A stretch of DNA of 63,700 nucleotides, filler included, from Trichosphaerium sp. ATCC 40318 (taxonomy: Eukaryota; Protista; Tubulinea): NCBI GenBank assembly GCA_038496445.1. It is 3 parts of 3 records of this genome, joined end to end, with 100 filler letters (N's around TTAATTAATTAA, not from the genome) between each part and the next. Parts side by side here need not be neighbours in the genome. Positions count along the whole stretch, not along the records: positions 50,391 to 63,700 come from JALMLS010000246.1; 2 more parts are not named here. One strand, written 5' to 3'. Below, piece by piece: positions 61,750 through 63,700 of this stretch; position 1 is the first letter of the stretch; each line of letters opens with the position of its first letter. The position numbers and the translations under genes are program-made. The notes below the pieces were generated by a model, which was not told where the DNA came from, did not search any database, and was given only the letters and a program-made list of their open reading frames with translations.

Positions 61750-63700
61750 ACAAGCATTTAGTATGGGATATTATCTATACCAATGTATACAATCTAGTGG
61801 CACTTGTAAAAGCATTTTGTACAATAAAACTGTGGAATGGTGACAAGCTTTGTTTTTCCATCAATTGTAACCCATTGCCAATACATAGGGCATCCACTGC
61901 AAAACCTACAGTTGTTAGATACATACGAGAAGGATTATTACAGTGTCCTATTCCTATTTTTGCAAGCTCTTCTAGAACAGTTTGAATACTTTAGCTGGTG
62001 TAAATGCTGATTGTGAAAGCAACAAAAGTTCATGACTTTGTTTGTTTGATTTGGTTTTCATCTTAATTGGTTGGTGTGTAGGGTGTAATAAAGCATGTTT
62101 CACACTATCACTTGGTTGGTGGTTTCTGTACAGTTGTGGTTGTACATCTTAATCGTTTTGATGAACTTGATGGTTTTCTTTGCTTGTGTGCATCAATTGA
62201 TAGTTTTTTATGCCACTCTCTTAAAGAGAATTAGATAAAACAATAGGCTTAAGTGTTGTTTAAAATGCATACCTACACTGTGAGCATGATGGCTTTCGCT
62301 GGCAAATAGTGTAAGGTCTTTTGGAAGTGAGTTTCAACAACAGATATGCAACTTGGTTCATGTACATGGGATAACTTATTGAAGTAGGATTCAGCATTGA
62401 ATACCAGCAAAAGACGAAGCAAGAAACAAATCACTAAACTCATTATGTAGCCATACAATAACTACATACAAGTATGCTGCCAATAAAGCTGTGGTCCAAC
62501 ATGTGTGTTTTGTGGAATGGATACGTTTGTACTTAAGCACACTAAAAACAGTCAATGGCATAAAACACAGTATTACAGACAATCTGTTGAAAATATCACA
62601 GCAGTTCTTCAGTTCTGAATATGCATGTACTGGTTCTGGTTTGTTTACAGCTTTTTTATCTGATTTGGTTGGTTTTTTGCTTGATACAAAAACAGTTGGA
62701 TTGCCAATGTTTGATATGTACGCAACATGTGCTTTTATGTCTTTGAACATACCAGCACAAACAACAGAACCATTGTTTATAGTGTCAGCATCATAAACCC
62801 AACAATGGGCTCCCACACCGTTGTTGGGAAGCATCTAACAAGCTTAAGGAATTTTGCCAAATGGTTACTTACTTGTTGCAAATGGTTTATCATATTTGGT
62901 GCTTTTTGGAACTCATCAAGCCAACAAACTTAAATCTGTCATCATCTAAAAGCTTAGAAATGATTGGTGTAGTGTAGTATGAGTCAGTTGCTATAGTTAT
63001 ACGCTTTGTGTTGTCTTTTTTGAGTATTTGTGATGCTATATAATGTGCCATGTGAGATGGTGGAATAGTACTTTCTCCAAATTGCATTTCCAATATCCAG
63101 GGCCAAACATGCTTACTATTCTATTTTAATATTAATAGGCTAAAGTTATCACCATGTACCTTAAAACATAATTCAAAAACCCAAAAGCCCTCTTTAACTG
63201 GTTTATGTGAACAAAAACAAGTGAACCATATTTCTACACAAAGTCAAAATGCATTGTATTCAACATTGTACTTGCTCCTGGTAGTACATTTCATCCAAAC
63301 ACGACAATATTCCGGGGTTAAAGTTTTTTTAATAGTTGAATTCAGTAAGCTACATCCTTTAGCACTCATAGATTATTTCACATACCGTTGGACCTCTAAA
63401 GGCTGGTAGTCAATTTGATTTGTGAGTTCTTGCCATTGCTCTTTTGTACAACTTGTTTTTATAGCTATTAATGGTATGTTAATAATACTTTGTTACGCAA
63501 CATTAAATGAACATGTATATTCCCAAATTTTGTATCAGTACTCCAAAAATCGCTAAGAGTAAACTGTGGAGACAACTTCATTGTTAACAACACACCAAAG
63601 TAGTGTTCAATGCCTTCCATATTCCAAGAACCAGCACATGTCCTTTATGATGGTTTTTTTTGTTACAAGAAGCAACATACTTCTTCACATCAATATGCGC
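61750..63700 (-). pseudogene. Degenerate piggyBac-like (DDE_Tnp_1_7) transposase with introns; runs off the window
   Basis: EGIEHYFGVLLTM...DFWSTD, PGILSCLDEM, KPVKEG, TIATDSYYTT...FVG and KPEPVHAYSELKNCCDIFN match the order of piggyBac motifs; stops and frameshifts present. Confidence 0.65.

Overview
AT-rich eukaryotic DNA with short GT-AG introns and the standard code; the gene families suggest a protist, possibly an amoebozoan (inference only). The window is three separate contigs joined by artificial 100-nt spacers (N44-TTAATTAATTAA-N44 at 24590-24689 and 50291-50390), so adjacency across these spacers means nothing. Contig 1 holds the proteasome ATPase RPT3, an epoxide-hydrolase-like fusion gene, a small membrane protein and a Trp-rich helical-repeat/nuclease-like gene. 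Among them are four F-box-LRR genes or pseudogenes and two inverted copies of a ~1.5-kb F-box-MORN cassette. Contig 2 holds a partial SPATA20/YyaL gene, a fifth F-box-LRR and a vWA gene interrupted by a young Ty3/Gypsy element. That element is cut just before its integrase by a block of at least 14.6 kb, which begins with a hairpin and a 23-bp repeat array and carries several intron-containing orphan genes, a third F-box-MORN and a C2H2 finger. This block is a candidate giant cargo-carrying DNA element. Contig 3 holds a decayed Gypsy, a USP-like protease joined to a long TEAPT repeat tail, a 1.17-kb foldback element and a decayed piggyBac-like transposase. The best candidate for a novel system is a dispersed, modular, surface-hypervariable repertoire of giant-virus-like F-box substrate receptors, most with an upstream TCACGTG motif, together with mobile-element-associated ubiquitin/SUMO protease-like genes. 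All domain calls come from reading motifs by eye, and some frameshifts may be consensus errors.
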